DNA of 64,000 nucleotides from an uncultured delta proteobacterium (GCA_963848135.1 CAWKCK010000001.1:1-64000); one strand, 5' to 3'; shown: positions 34,877-44,721, counted from the stretch's first letter. Numbers and translations: made by a program. The notes: generated from the letters alone by a model not told the origin.

Positions 34877-34949
34877 GAGGATTTCCCCGTTTCCGATCGA
34901 AAGGCGGCGCCCCACTGCAGGAAACGCCGCCTTTATTAGTTCAGCTGTT

Positions 34950-35978
34950 TTATTTCTGCACGCTATCGAGCGTCTTGATCGTGAATTCGAGGATCTCCTG
35001 GCCGTTTGCGCCTTCCGTCTTCATGTTCGCGACATACGCGTCGAGGATCGGGGCGACCGCGTTCTTCCAGCGCTCCATTTCCTTGGCGTCGAGGCTGATG
35101 AGTTCCCCGCCCTTGCTCATGAAAAACTGCTTGCCTTCCTCATCGCTCTCGTCCCAGGCCTGCCCATGCTTCACCACCCATTCCGCGTTGATTTCCTCTA
35201 TGATTTTCTGGACGTCAGGTGGCAGGGTATTCCACTTGTCTTTGTTCATGACCACGTAGAAACTGGTGGTGTAGGCCGCTCCGTAATCCAGGGTACAATA
35301 CTTGGTTACCTCCCCCAACTTCCAGCCCTTGTCGGCCTCAAGCGGATAGAGCGCCCCGTCGACAACCCCTTTCTGGAGCATCTCGTAGGTTTCAGGCATG
35401 GGTTTGGAAACCGGGGTTCCACCGAGCGCCTTGGCGACTTCGGCGCTGGTCCCGTGGGCCCTGAACTTGAGTCCCTTCATGTCCTCCAGACTGCGCACCG
35501 CCTTGTCTTTGGTGTTGACCAGACCCGGTCCGTGGGCGTGCAGATACATGACCTGGGTGTCCTGCAGCTCCTTGGGCATGAATTTCTTGTAGACCTCATT
35601 GATCACCTGTGTCGCTGCTTTGCCGTTCTTGTAGCCCAGCGGCAGGTCCACAACCGCCATCACGGGGAAGCGGCCGCGGGTGTAGGCCAGGACCGAAAAC
35701 CCGATGTCGGAAAGGCCGTTTACCACCCCGTCGTAGTTCTGCTGGGCTTTGGTCAGGGTCTGACCGGCGAAATAATCGACCTGGACACGGCCGTTGGTGC
35801 GTTTGTTGACCTCCTGGCACCAGGCTTCGGCGAGCTGGCTCTGGATATGCGCGGGCGGAAAGAAATTGCTGTAGGTAAGCTTGATGGTCTCGGCTTGCAC
35901 GGTTTGGGAAACGGAGACGGTCATGGCGAGTCCCAAGAACAAAACCATCAACGTCAATATCGTCCTTCTTCTGAACAT
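34950..35978 (-). CDS. dctP: TRAP substrate-binding protein
   Basis: Signal peptide, DMKGLKFR, LQKGVVDG, VMNKDKWNTLP. Confidence 0.92.
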   Translation of the reverse strand: MFRRRTILTLMVLFLGLAMTVSVSQTVQAETIKLTYSNFFPPAHIQSQLAEAWCQEVNKRTNGRVQVDYFAGQTLTKAQQNYDGVVNGLSDIGFSVLAYTRGRFPVMAVVDLPLGYKNGKAATQVINEVYKKFMPKELQDTQVMYLHAHGPGLVNTKDKAVRSLEDMKGLKFRAHGTSAEVAKALGGTPVSKPMPETYEMLQKGVVDGALYPLEADKGWKLGEVTKYCTLDYGAAYTTSFYVVMNKDKWNTLPPDVQKIIEEINAEWVVKHGQAWDESDEEGKQFFMSKGGELISLDAKEMERWKNAVAPILDAYVANMKTEGANGQEILEFTIKTLDSVQK

Positions 35979-36183
35979 GGTATCCCCCTTGTCGAGTGAA
36001 TGGTTGCAGTGAGGTGAGGCATCGCTTTGCGTGATCCTGTGGCTACCACCCCCTTTCCGAGGCGTATTCAATATTGGCAATTTGGCCGACAACTAAACAC
36101 GAAACGGCTACCAAGTCACACGATAAAAAGCAAGGGATATCGCTTTGAATCACCGGGATTATCGCCGGCAAGGCGTGTGCGTC

Positions 36184-36666
36184 TTATGGCCGAAGCCCCA
36201 TGGGTCTGTTGCTGATTCCCTGGGGGGTGTCGAATCGGATGCAATGGGCCGGGCACACGTTGTCGGCACAAGCCGGCATGAGCCCTTTGTCCACTCGATG
36301 GTGGCAGAGGTTGCACTTCCGAGCGATCCCTTGCTGTGCATCGAAGGCAATGGCATGATAAGGGCAGGCCTCAAGGCAGGCACCGCAGCCGGTGCAGGCC
36401 TCGGCATCCAGGATGACAATACCGTCCGGTCGTTTGGCGATGGCCGCGGCGGCACAGGCGCTGGCGCAGGGTGGATCCTCGCAGTGCCGGCACACAGTCA
36501 CTCGAAAAATAAAATCGAGTCTGCCGTTCAATACTTCGGGCCCGTCCTCCCGGATCGAGATGAGCCGGATCCCGTCGGCCGGGCCGTTCTCCTGTTTACA
36601 GGCCACCTCGCAGGTTTTGCAGCCCCAACAGAATTCCTCACCGATTCTAAGAGCATACGTCGTCAT
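36184..36666 (-). CDS. 4Fe-4S dicluster electron-transfer subunit (DmsB-like)
   Basis: CWGCKTCEVAC, CRHCEDPPC, CTGCGACLEACP, KCNLC, ACADNVCP. Confidence 0.92.
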   Translation of the reverse strand: MTTYALRIGEEFCWGCKTCEVACKQENGPADGIRLISIREDGPEVLNGRLDFIFRVTVCRHCEDPPCASACAAAAIAKRPDGIVILDAEACTGCGACLEACPYHAIAFDAQQGIARKCNLCHHRVDKGLMPACADNVCPAHCIRFDTPQGISNRPMGLRP

Positions 36667-38815
36667 GGCGTTTATTCTCCGGATAGATCCGGCAAAGGAG
36701 CGTCCTTACGGGCGTGGCCCCCATGGCCGGGTCGCAGCCCTCATAGGCGTTGTCCGTCAAGATGTTGATATTGGACTCACTCCACCCGTGGCCGGAATCC
36801 TTTTTTTCGGGAAACCACCAGCCGTGCTCGGCCGCCACAATTCTCGGATCCATGCCGGCAAAGAGTCGTGCGCGTTGGCGCACCCGGCCCCGCGGGGATT
36901 CGATGACCACCCAGTCGCCCTGCCGGATTCCTTCCTTTTCAGCCGCTTCGGGATGAATCTGGACGACCGGGTCGCGGTGCAGTTCCCGCAGCCACGGCAA
37001 CTGGCGGTTTTCGGTGTGGAAAAAACCGGGTAACCGGGCGCCCGTGATCAGAATGTAGGGATAGGAGCGGTGGAGATCCGGCGTGCTGACCGGGCTCTCG
37101 GGCGGCTCGCGATATTGGGGCAGGGGATCGTATCCCATTGATTCCAGCGCAGTCGAACAGAGTTCGAACTTGCGGGTGGGGGTGGAAAACCCTTTACCTT
37201 TGTATTTCCGCCTCCGGACTTCACCGCGGATGCAATCCATTTTCCGGAACTCCTGCCAGGTGATTTCCAAAGGCTCCAGGATCCAGTCCAGCGCTTTTTC
37301 GAAATCGTCCCACCAGTGCTCGCCTTGGCCAACGCGGTGAGCGAGGTCGTTCAGCATCTCGTGGTCGGAGCGGCACTCACCGACCTGGATAACCTTTCGC
37401 CGTGGTAGAATATAGCCATGGCGCTTCCAGAAATCACCGATATAGTCCATCTCCAACCACGTGGCCGCCGGCAATACGATGTCGGCCAACTCCGCCGTTG
37501 GGGTGAGGAAGAAATCGGAGACGGCCATGAACTCGACCTTTTCAAGGGCGCGGTGGACTTCGCGGGCGTTGGCTCGGGTCATCACCGGGTTGGAGCTGAT
37601 GAAGAAAAGCATTTTGACCGGGTACGGTTTCTCTTCAACGATGGCGTCCCAAACGCACTTGGGATTAATGATGGCGAAATTTCCTGCCAGCCGGAACCGG
37701 TCGCGTCCGAGGCGTTTTTCGCGCTGGGAGTCTGGCAGCATGCGGTGGGCGCCGAATTGCCCCACGTTGCGGATCGGAGGGGGTTGAAAAAGCATCTGCC
37801 CGCCGGGCACGTCGATATTGCCCGTAAGTCCCATGAGGAACATCAGCAGCCGGTCGTTGTCCGCGCAGGTGATCTGCTGCTCGATGGCGACCCCCCACTG
37901 GATAGCAGCCGGTTTGGTGCGGGCGAAGAGGCGGGCTGCTTCGCGGATCTTCTCCTGCCGGACCCAGGTGATCTCCTCCACGCGTTCGAGAGGGAATTCG
38001 TTGACCCGCGCGACGAAAGGTTCCCAGCCGTGAACGTGGTTTTCGACGAATTCACGGTCGTAGAGTTTTTCGTTGACGATCACGTTGAGCATGCCGTACG
38101 CCAATGCCGCATCGGTGCCAGGCCGCAGAGGGAGCCATACATCCGACCGGGCGGCAATCCGGGTCAGCCGAGGGTCTACGCAGATGAGTTTCGCGCCCTT
38201 GTTCAGGCTGACAGAAAAAGGCTCGCCCTTGTAACAGTCGGGGTTGCTGATAACGAGGTTGTTACCCCAGACCATAATGCAGCGGGGGTCGCTCTCATAG
38301 TCGACGATGGGATTGGTGCCGCAGGTGATGATGCCTGTCGCAATGCGCGGACCGTAGCAGAAATGACCCGCGGTGAGCACATTGGGGGTTCCCAGGAGAT
38401 TGGCGAACCGGTAAATGACAGCCTCGTTCTCCCGTCCTGTGCCGTAGCCCATGACGATAGACTCCGCGCCGTATCGATCCTTGTAATCAAGGATACGCTC
38501 GGCAATGGCATCGAGGGCTTCGTCCCAGGAAATCCTCTGCCAGCGGCCGCTGGCCTTGGGTCCGAGCCGGCGTACGGGATGGGTCAGACGCTCCGGGTGG
38601 TATGCCAGCTGGGTCGACGCCAATCCTTTGCTGCAGAGTGTTCCATGGTTGATAGGACAGTTCGGGTCCCCGGCGATCTTGGCTGCCTTGCCGTTCTTCA
38701 GGTAAACGACAACCCCACAGCCGCCGTGGCACATACGGCAGTGGCTTTTGACGGCCGCATCATAGCCGTAGACCTCGATTTCCCGCTCTGTGTTGGAATA
38801 GGAAAAATCGACCAT
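36647..38815 (-). CDS. Mo/W-bisPGD oxidoreductase catalytic subunit A (acetylene-hydratase-like clade)
   Basis: CRMCHGGC...LCSKG, predicted Cys ligand in TAGHFCYG, LRPGTDAAL, TPTAELADIVLP, HGWW; no Tat signal. Confidence 0.9.
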   Translation of the reverse strand: MVDFSYSNTEREIEVYGYDAAVKSHCRMCHGGCGVVVYLKNGKAAKIAGDPNCPINHGTLCSKGLASTQLAYHPERLTHPVRRLGPKASGRWQRISWDEALDAIAERILDYKDRYGAESIVMGYGTGRENEAVIYRFANLLGTPNVLTAGHFCYGPRIATGIITCGTNPIVDYESDPRCIMVWGNNLVISNPDCYKGEPFSVSLNKGAKLICVDPRLTRIAARSDVWLPLRPGTDAALAYGMLNVIVNEKLYDREFVENHVHGWEPFVARVNEFPLERVEEITWVRQEKIREAARLFARTKPAAIQWGVAIEQQITCADNDRLLMFLMGLTGNIDVPGGQMLFQPPPIRNVGQFGAHRMLPDSQREKRLGRDRFRLAGNFAIINPKCVWDAIVEEKPYPVKMLFFISSNPVMTRANAREVHRALEKVEFMAVSDFFLTPTAELADIVLPAATWLEMDYIGDFWKRHGYILPRRKVIQVGECRSDHEMLNDLAHRVGQGEHWWDDFEKALDWILEPLEITWQEFRKMDCIRGEVRRRKYKGKGFSTPTRKFELCSTALESMGYDPLPQYREPPESPVSTPDLHRSYPYILITGARLPGFFHTENRQLPWLRELHRDPVVQIHPEAAEKEGIRQGDWVVIESPRGRVRQRARLFAGMDPRIVAAEHGWWFPEKKDSGHGWSESNINILTDNAYEGCDPAMGATPVRTLLCRIYPENKRHDDVCS

Positions 38816-39016
38816 CAGCCCCTCCCCTGCCGGCGAATCATGCAGGCCCCGGCACCTTCGACAAGCCCAAAGGGCCGATGGCCTTGAGTGTGACACCAGG
38901 TGCTCGGCAAAATGAGGAATTCATTCATCGGCGTGTAAAAAAACAGTTTTCGAGCTTGAGTGTCCATTTATTGAGAATTAGGTATCGCGCATCGAGGAAT
39001 CAGGCCCGCGCAACAC

Positions 39017-39481
39017 TCACACTTTTCCCCGGACCGCTTCGCTGACGGCTCGGTCGACGAGTTTCTGGACGCTGCCCCAGGCAATGCAACCCGTGGCGCA
39101 GACCGAACTGCAGGCCGGCGCCATTCCAGCGTTTACCCGGTTTTCACACAGATCGCACTTTACTGCGAGTCCCCGTTCCTCGTCGAACTGCATGGCGCCG
39201 AAGGGGCAAGCTTCGATGCACTCGCCGCATCCAATGCAGAGGTTCTCGTCGATCACGACGATGCCCACGACGGTCTTGGTGATGGCATCAACCGGGCAGG
39301 CCCGGCGACAGGGGGCGTCAACACAATGATGGCAGTACACGGGGAAGAAATCCGGTCCGTTTTCAAGCACGCGCACCAGCCGCGGGCCGACCCCCAGGCC
39401 GTGTTCCATCTTGCAAGCCACTTCGCAAGCGTGGCAACCCATGCAGTCCTTCCTGAAAAACATCAGTGAGTATTTGGCCAT
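39017..39481 (-). CDS. 4Fe-4S dicluster electron-transfer subunit
   Basis: CMGCHACEVAC, CHHCVDAPC, CIGCGECIEACP, KCDLC. Confidence 0.92.
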   Translation of the reverse strand: MAKYSLMFFRKDCMGCHACEVACKMEHGLGVGPRLVRVLENGPDFFPVYCHHCVDAPCRRACPVDAITKTVVGIVVIDENLCIGCGECIEACPFGAMQFDEERGLAVKCDLCENRVNAGMAPACSSVCATGCIAWGSVQKLVDRAVSEAVRGKV

Positions 39482-39535
39482 CGATCACCCTCCTTCTAAA
39501 CCTTTGCGCATCAGTCGATTTTATCCTTTTCCCCA

Positions 39536-41614
39536 TCAGGCGGGGGCGATGGAGCACAAACACACCCTCAAATTAGTGGCGCCGATGGCGGGATCAAGGG
39601 TCTCGTAAGCGTTGTCGGTCAGGATGTTCACATTTGAAACGTCCCACCCGTGCCCCGGGTCCTTGATTTCCGGATACCACCACCCATGTTCGGCCACGAT
39701 TACCCGCGGGTCGATACCTTTATTCAGTTTGGCCTTCTGCTTGATCTGGCCCCTGGGGGAGGCGATCACCACCCATTGCCCTTCGGCGATCCCGTGCTTT
39801 TGCGCGGTATCCGGATGGATCTCCACGATGGGATCGGGACGGATTTCCCTCAGCCAGGGCTGCTGGCGGTTGGCGGAGTGGAAAAATGTAGGGGTACGGA
39901 ATCCCGCGTTCAGGATATAGGGGAACGCCTTCGCCAACTCGGGCTTGGAAACCGGGCTTTCGGGAATTTCAGTGTATTTTGGCAGCGGATCGTAGCCCCA
40001 TTTCTCAAGCACCGTCGAATAGAGCTCCACTTTTCCCGTCGGAGTGGAAAAGCCGCGTTCCCTGTACTTGTGGTAGACCATTTCGCCCTTCAGGTACCCG
40101 GCTTGCTTGAATTCCTCCCAGGTGAGCCCGGCGGGTTCGAGCAGGTAGTCGAGGGCGTCCTCCACCGTGTCCCACCATTTCTGGCCCATGCGTTTTCCGA
40201 GCTCCAGGAAAATCTTATGATCCTGCCAGCATTCGCCGATCTCGACGCATTTCTGCCGGGCAAGCACGAAGCCGTGCCGCTTCCAGTTGTCGGCCACGTG
40301 GTTCTGCTCGAGCCACGTGCCGGCCGGCAGAAAAATGTCCGCCAGTTCCGCCGTGGGGGTGAGGAAGAAATCGACAACAACGAAAAATTCGAGCTTTTTC
40401 AAGGCCGCATAGGCCTCACGGGCATTGGCCCGTGTGATGACGGGATTGCTGCCGCAGAGTAGGCCGGCCTTGAGAGCATAGGGCTTTTCTTCGAGGATGG
40501 CGTCCCATGCTTTCTTGGGATTGATGAATGCCACACGCGCTCCCAGCTTGAACTGGTCTCCTCCCAGGCGTTTGGACCGCTGTTCGGCGGAAAGTTCTTT
40601 GTGGCATGAGAACTCGGCCACCGTGTGGGTTGGCGGGTTTACGTAGAGAACGTTTCCCCCGGGTGTGTCCAGGTTCCCGGTGGCGGCCATCAGCCCGGTA
40701 AGGATCCGGGTGCAGTCGGCACAGTTGTTATTCTGCTCCGTGGGTACCCCCCAGTGGATGCAGGCCGGCTTGGTCTTGGCGTACATTCGTGCGGCCTTCC
40801 GGATCATCTCCTTGTCCACCCAGGTGATCTCCTGGACCCGGTCGAGAGGGTAATCCTTGACCCGGTTCTTGAAAGCGTCCCAGCCGTTGATGTAGGTTTG
40901 GGTGAACTCCTTGTCGTAGAGTTCCTCCTCGAGAATGACGCTGTGAAATCCCATGGCGAGAGCCGCGTCGGTTCCAGGCCGCAGCTGCAGCCACAAATCC
41001 GCCCGCTTGGCGACGAATCCCTTGCGAGGGTCGATGCAAATCAGCTTGGCCCCCTTCTTGTATGCCGTCCAGAAGCTAACCCCTTTGTATTCATCCGGGT
41101 TGCTCCACTGGGGATTGCAGCCCCATACGACGATGCATTTGGGGCCGCCGGCGTAATCGCAGATCGGCAGGTTGCCGATCGTAACCAGGGTCGAGGCGAC
41201 CCGCGACACATAGCACATGTGGCCTGCGGTCAACACATTGGGTGTCCCCAGCTGGTTCGCGAAACGGTACAGGTGGCTCTCGTAGTCCCGGCCGGTGCCT
41301 TGTCCGATGACAATGGCCTCCGGCCCGTGTTCCCGAGCCACGGCCTTGAACCGCTCGGCAATGGTGTCCAGGGCGTCGTCCCAGCTGATACGCTCCCATC
41401 CGCCAGCCGTTTTTTTCATGGGATAGAGGATGCGGTCGGGATGGTAGGCGAGCTGCGTGATGGCCAGGCCCTTGCTGCAGAGCGTGCCGTGGCTGATGGG
41501 AGAATCGGGATCTCCCTCCACTTTAACGACTCTTCCGTCCTGAACGTGGGCGATGATGCCGCATCCGCCGTGACAACTGCGGCAGACCGTTTTTATCTTC
41601 CTGACCTCTCCCAT
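39536..41614 (-). CDS. Mo/W-bisPGD oxidoreductase catalytic subunit B (acetylene-hydratase-like clade)
   Basis: SD AAGGAG before MGEVRK; CRSCHGGC, TAGHMCYV, STPTGKVELYS, GYDPLP; paralog of 36647-38815. Confidence 0.9.
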   Translation of the reverse strand: MGEVRKIKTVCRSCHGGCGIIAHVQDGRVVKVEGDPDSPISHGTLCSKGLAITQLAYHPDRILYPMKKTAGGWERISWDDALDTIAERFKAVAREHGPEAIVIGQGTGRDYESHLYRFANQLGTPNVLTAGHMCYVSRVASTLVTIGNLPICDYAGGPKCIVVWGCNPQWSNPDEYKGVSFWTAYKKGAKLICIDPRKGFVAKRADLWLQLRPGTDAALAMGFHSVILEEELYDKEFTQTYINGWDAFKNRVKDYPLDRVQEITWVDKEMIRKAARMYAKTKPACIHWGVPTEQNNNCADCTRILTGLMAATGNLDTPGGNVLYVNPPTHTVAEFSCHKELSAEQRSKRLGGDQFKLGARVAFINPKKAWDAILEEKPYALKAGLLCGSNPVITRANAREAYAALKKLEFFVVVDFFLTPTAELADIFLPAGTWLEQNHVADNWKRHGFVLARQKCVEIGECWQDHKIFLELGKRMGQKWWDTVEDALDYLLEPAGLTWEEFKQAGYLKGEMVYHKYRERGFSTPTGKVELYSTVLEKWGYDPLPKYTEIPESPVSKPELAKAFPYILNAGFRTPTFFHSANRQQPWLREIRPDPIVEIHPDTAQKHGIAEGQWVVIASPRGQIKQKAKLNKGIDPRVIVAEHGWWYPEIKDPGHGWDVSNVNILTDNAYETLDPAIGATNLRVCLCSIAPA

Positions 41615-41818
41615 CGCTTTTCTCCTTGATTGGTTTTCGATTTCGGCCACATCCGAGATCCCGTATTCCAATAAAGTGGTGGTCGCCATAATGCTGCGGA
41701 TGTTCTTCTCGATCACGGGAATCCCTTGGCCCAGCGAATTCAACTCTCGAGCCGATTTTTTCACCTGCGCGATTTTGGCCTGCATCTGGGCCAGTGCGGT
41801 GCGTTTTTCGGAAGTCAT
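41615..41818 (-). CDS. Small helical hypothetical protein, appears fused in-frame to the Mo enzyme (probably an indel artefact)
   Basis: MTSEKR...IPVIEKNIRSIMA..GISD; removing one C from CAATCAAGGAG gives CAA TAA plus SD. Confidence 0.6.
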
Positions 41819-41985
41819 ATTCCCCGATCCCTTCTCATCTGACACGGATATTTCACGCTCCTGGGGTGAAATCTTTTCTTCTATTTTCAAAAAAATCATA
41901 GAGTGCAAACTGAACACTCGTTATTACGCTACAATTTCGATCCAGTTATTTAAAATTCCATAAGTTTATTCATAAAATAGAAAAG

Positions 41986-42005
41986 ATTTCATGAAATATT
42001 CGGGC
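41986..42005. repeat. Partial copy of the 32-bp palindrome overlapping the ligase stop
   Basis: ATTTCATGAAATATTCGGGC identical to part of 31484-31515. Confidence 0.75.
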
Positions 42006-43317
42006 GGAGATCCTTGAACCGTTTGGCTTTCAGTGTGTAGCGTTTCAGTGTGCCAGGTGGCTCCGGCACAAGCTGGAAACGCAGGTTGGTCCTGGTTTTC
42101 AAACGCTCGGCCAAGCGCCCTGTTAAGACATTCAAAGCCGTCTCGCCGATCTCCGGAACCGTCTCGAGCCGCAGCGAAACCTCGTCCATCACCCCCTTTT
42201 TTTGAACGACGATCTCATATTCCGAGACTTCCGGGAATTCACTCCGCAGCAATTCTTCGACCGTTACGGGGCTGAACAGAACCCCACGGATTTTTCGCAG
42301 GTGATCGGCACGACCAGCGACCGCCTGAATCTTCATAGAAGTCCGACCGCAGCCGCAGCTGCAACCACCCTTGCGCACTACATCCTTGGTGTTGAAGCGG
42401 ATCATGGGAAAGGAGCGCCGGCCGAGCGGTGTCACGACCGCCGTTCCGAGCTCGCCTTCCGCGACCTCGCGGCTCTCGGTCTCCAGGTCGAGGATCTCCA
42501 CGAGAAAAAAGGGCTCCATGATATGCAGCCCCTGCCGCTCGGAGCACATCGCCGCCCACGCACAGGGTTCAGTCCCGCCGATATGGTCGTAAACCTCTGC
42601 GCCCCAGAGCGCCTCGAGATGTTTGCGGCTGGCATCCGGCAGCGGTTCGCCGGCGCAGAGCATTCTCCGGATGCCGATATCCCGCGGGGAAAAACCCAAT
42701 CGCCGCGCTTCCTCGGCCAGGTGTATACCGTAGGTCGGGGTATTGAGCAGCCCCGTGGCTTTCACCTCAAGGATTTTATGGATGCGGCCGGCGGTGTCCA
42801 GCGCTCCGCCAGGAACGACCATGCATCCCAGTTTCTCCGCGGCGAAGTGACCCTCCCAGAAAGCGACATAAACGTTGTACCCGAAGGGGATGAATACCCG
42901 GTCGGTCTCCCGGAAACCAGCCATCCACAGGATGTGGCACCACATCTCCACCCGCCATTGCCAACTCTCGAGGCTCTCCGGCACATAGACTGGTTTTCCG
43001 GTAGTTCCCGAGGTCTGGCGGAATGTGCTGACGTCCTCGGGCCTCACGGCCAGCAGCTCTCCGAAAAGAAACGGTTCCTTCCCGTCCTGGGTTTCGCGCA
43101 GGTCCTCCTTGCAAACCAGTGGCAGCGAGCGGACATCTTCCAAGGTCTGGACGGCTTCCGGGTCGATGCCGTCATAAAGATGTTGATAAAAAACGGAATT
43201 ATTTTTGGCGTGGGAGAGTAGGTGGCGGAAATTCGTGAATTGGATTTTCTGCAGTTGGTTTCTCGGGAGGGTTTCAATAAACGGGTTCCAATAGGCCGGT
43301 TGGGAGGGTTTTTTCAC
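41989..43317 (-). CDS. Phenylacetate-CoA ligase family enzyme 2
   Basis: QTSGTTGKP, AGEPL, DHIGGTE, GRADHLRKIRGV; GTG start with SD GAGGAG. Confidence 0.92.
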   Translation of the reverse strand: MKKPSQPAYWNPFIETLPRNQLQKIQFTNFRHLLSHAKNNSVFYQHLYDGIDPEAVQTLEDVRSLPLVCKEDLRETQDGKEPFLFGELLAVRPEDVSTFRQTSGTTGKPVYVPESLESWQWRVEMWCHILWMAGFRETDRVFIPFGYNVYVAFWEGHFAAEKLGCMVVPGGALDTAGRIHKILEVKATGLLNTPTYGIHLAEEARRLGFSPRDIGIRRMLCAGEPLPDASRKHLEALWGAEVYDHIGGTEPCAWAAMCSERQGLHIMEPFFLVEILDLETESREVAEGELGTAVVTPLGRRSFPMIRFNTKDVVRKGGCSCGCGRTSMKIQAVAGRADHLRKIRGVLFSPVTVEELLRSEFPEVSEYEIVVQKKGVMDEVSLRLETVPEIGETALNVLTGRLAERLKTRTNLRFQLVPEPPGTLKRYTLKAKRFKDLRPNIS

Positions 43318-43406
43318 GATTGACTCCTCACTCCAACGCACTTACCGATGACTTTGTGAATATAGTGGCGGATGCCGATCCCGCCGATACGGAGGTTGAC
43401 GTCCAT
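43314..43406 (-). CDS. Putative 30-aa leader peptide coupled to ligase 2
   Basis: SD GGAGGTGA, MDVNLRIGGIGIRHYIHKVIGKCVGVRSQS*, TGA overlaps ligase GTG (GTGA). Confidence 0.45.
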   Translation of the reverse strand: MDVNLRIGGIGIRHYIHKVIGKCVGVRSQS

Positions 43407-43476
43407 GCGATCACCTCCCCAGCGATAGGTGCTACCGCTTAAAGTCTCATGAATGGCAGGATGTTACTGCGGCTTC

Positions 43477-44271
43477 CTATGCAGCGTTTGACATCATTGC
43501 AGGTCCTACAGCAGCAGCGAAACGCGAGTTTATTTCGGCGGCAATTTTCTTAAGCAGCGCAGTAAATTCAGGAACCTTCTCTTCGCTCAACTGTTGGCTC
43601 AATCCCACGGCCCATACGGCGGCCTGCAGATCCTCTCGGTTGGTGTTCAGCGGTATCGCGAGCGCTACGATGCCCTGAATATATTCTTCCCGGTCATAAG
43701 CGATTCCTTCTTGCCGCGACCTGAGGACGACCTCTTTGTAAGCTGCTTTGTCGGTGATTGTATTTGCGGTATAGGGCTTCAAACGCGCTGCTGCCAATAA
43801 CTGGTCGATTTCATCATCCGGAAGGGTGGAAGTCAGCGCCTTGCCGCCGGCGCCAGCAAAAATGGAAAGTCGCATACCGATTTCCGAGGAGATTCTTATA
43901 TCGCAGGCGTCGTCTACTTTGTCGACGATAATGGCATGCAGGCCGGATCGAATTCCGAGAAAAGCAGAAAGCCTGGTCTGCCGATTGATATCCATTAAAT
44001 ACGGGTGAACAGTCTGGATCAGACCGGAGCTTCTCGCGGCGGCATTGCCGAGAACGTAAAGTTGAGTTCCCAGGCTGAACATCCCATTTGTTCCTCGTTC
44101 CAGCACCTTCAGATCGGCAAGTGTGTACATGATGTTGAAAACGGTGCTTTTGTTCAGCTGAAGTTTTTTAGCGACTTCATTGATACTGAATGCCAGGCCT
44201 TCCCGGGCCAGCAGTTCGATGATGGCAAAGGATTTATCCAACGCTGGAACCCGTTTGAAGTTGGTCTTCAT
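43477..44271 (-). CDS. IclR-family transcriptional regulator
   Basis: VPALDKSFAIIELL, LNKSTVFNIM HTH, GAGGKAL, AYDREE..GIVALAIP. Confidence 0.93.
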   Translation of the reverse strand: MKTNFKRVPALDKSFAIIELLAREGLAFSINEVAKKLQLNKSTVFNIMYTLADLKVLERGTNGMFSLGTQLYVLGNAAARSSGLIQTVHPYLMDINRQTRLSAFLGIRSGLHAIIVDKVDDACDIRISSEIGMRLSIFAGAGGKALTSTLPDDEIDQLLAAARLKPYTANTITDKAAYKEVVLRSRQEGIAYDREEYIQGIVALAIPLNTNREDLQAAVWAVGLSQQLSEEKVPEFTALLKKIAAEINSRFAAAVGPAMMSNAA

Positions 44272-44403
44272 GTCGTCACTATACCGGTTCGGAAAACCGT
44301 GCAAAGTGTGAGGGGCCGAGACCGGCCGAAGTGAAGTAAATCGATAATTTGATTACGGTCTCTCGAAGATGCCCATGCGTGAACATGTTCGCCGTATTGG
44401 TTT

Positions 44404-44463
44404 CATTGTTCTATATGGAGAACAATGGTTTTATATATGAATCAACGAGTCAGTTCTTGTCAA
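44404..44463 (-). promoter_or_regulatory. Putative sigma70 promoter with IclR-like operator
   Basis: TTGACA (minus, 44463-44458), AT-rich -10 region, palindrome CATTGTTCT-N6-AGAACAATG at 44404-44427. Confidence 0.6.
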
Positions 44464-44721
44464 GCAAAATATCAACTCGAACAAACCAGAAACAACGGTA
44501 TAAATAAAGCAGTTCCCCCTCCATTTTAGATTTGAAACGCTCAATGTAGGTTTATGCAACCACTCCTACCATTCTTCTTTGTTTCGGAATTTGTTTTGAA
44601 ACGCGGATAGTAAGTGCTGGATGGTCGGAAAGCGCAAGCGAGGGTCTTAAGATGAGAAATGCTGCAAGTTCTGGCGTGGCTAAGGCTGTTCCGCCGATGG
44701 TCGGCTCGCCGATCGAAGATC

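Noticed and set aside
34764..41629. Plus-strand ORFs of 270-489 aa opposite dctP and the Mo enzymes
   Set aside because: Antisense shadows of well-supported minus-strand genes
39536..41917. 793-aa natural fusion of the small protein with the Mo enzyme
   Set aside because: Internal SD and ATG at 41614, a free-standing paralog at 31513, and one-base removal restores a TAA; needs read check
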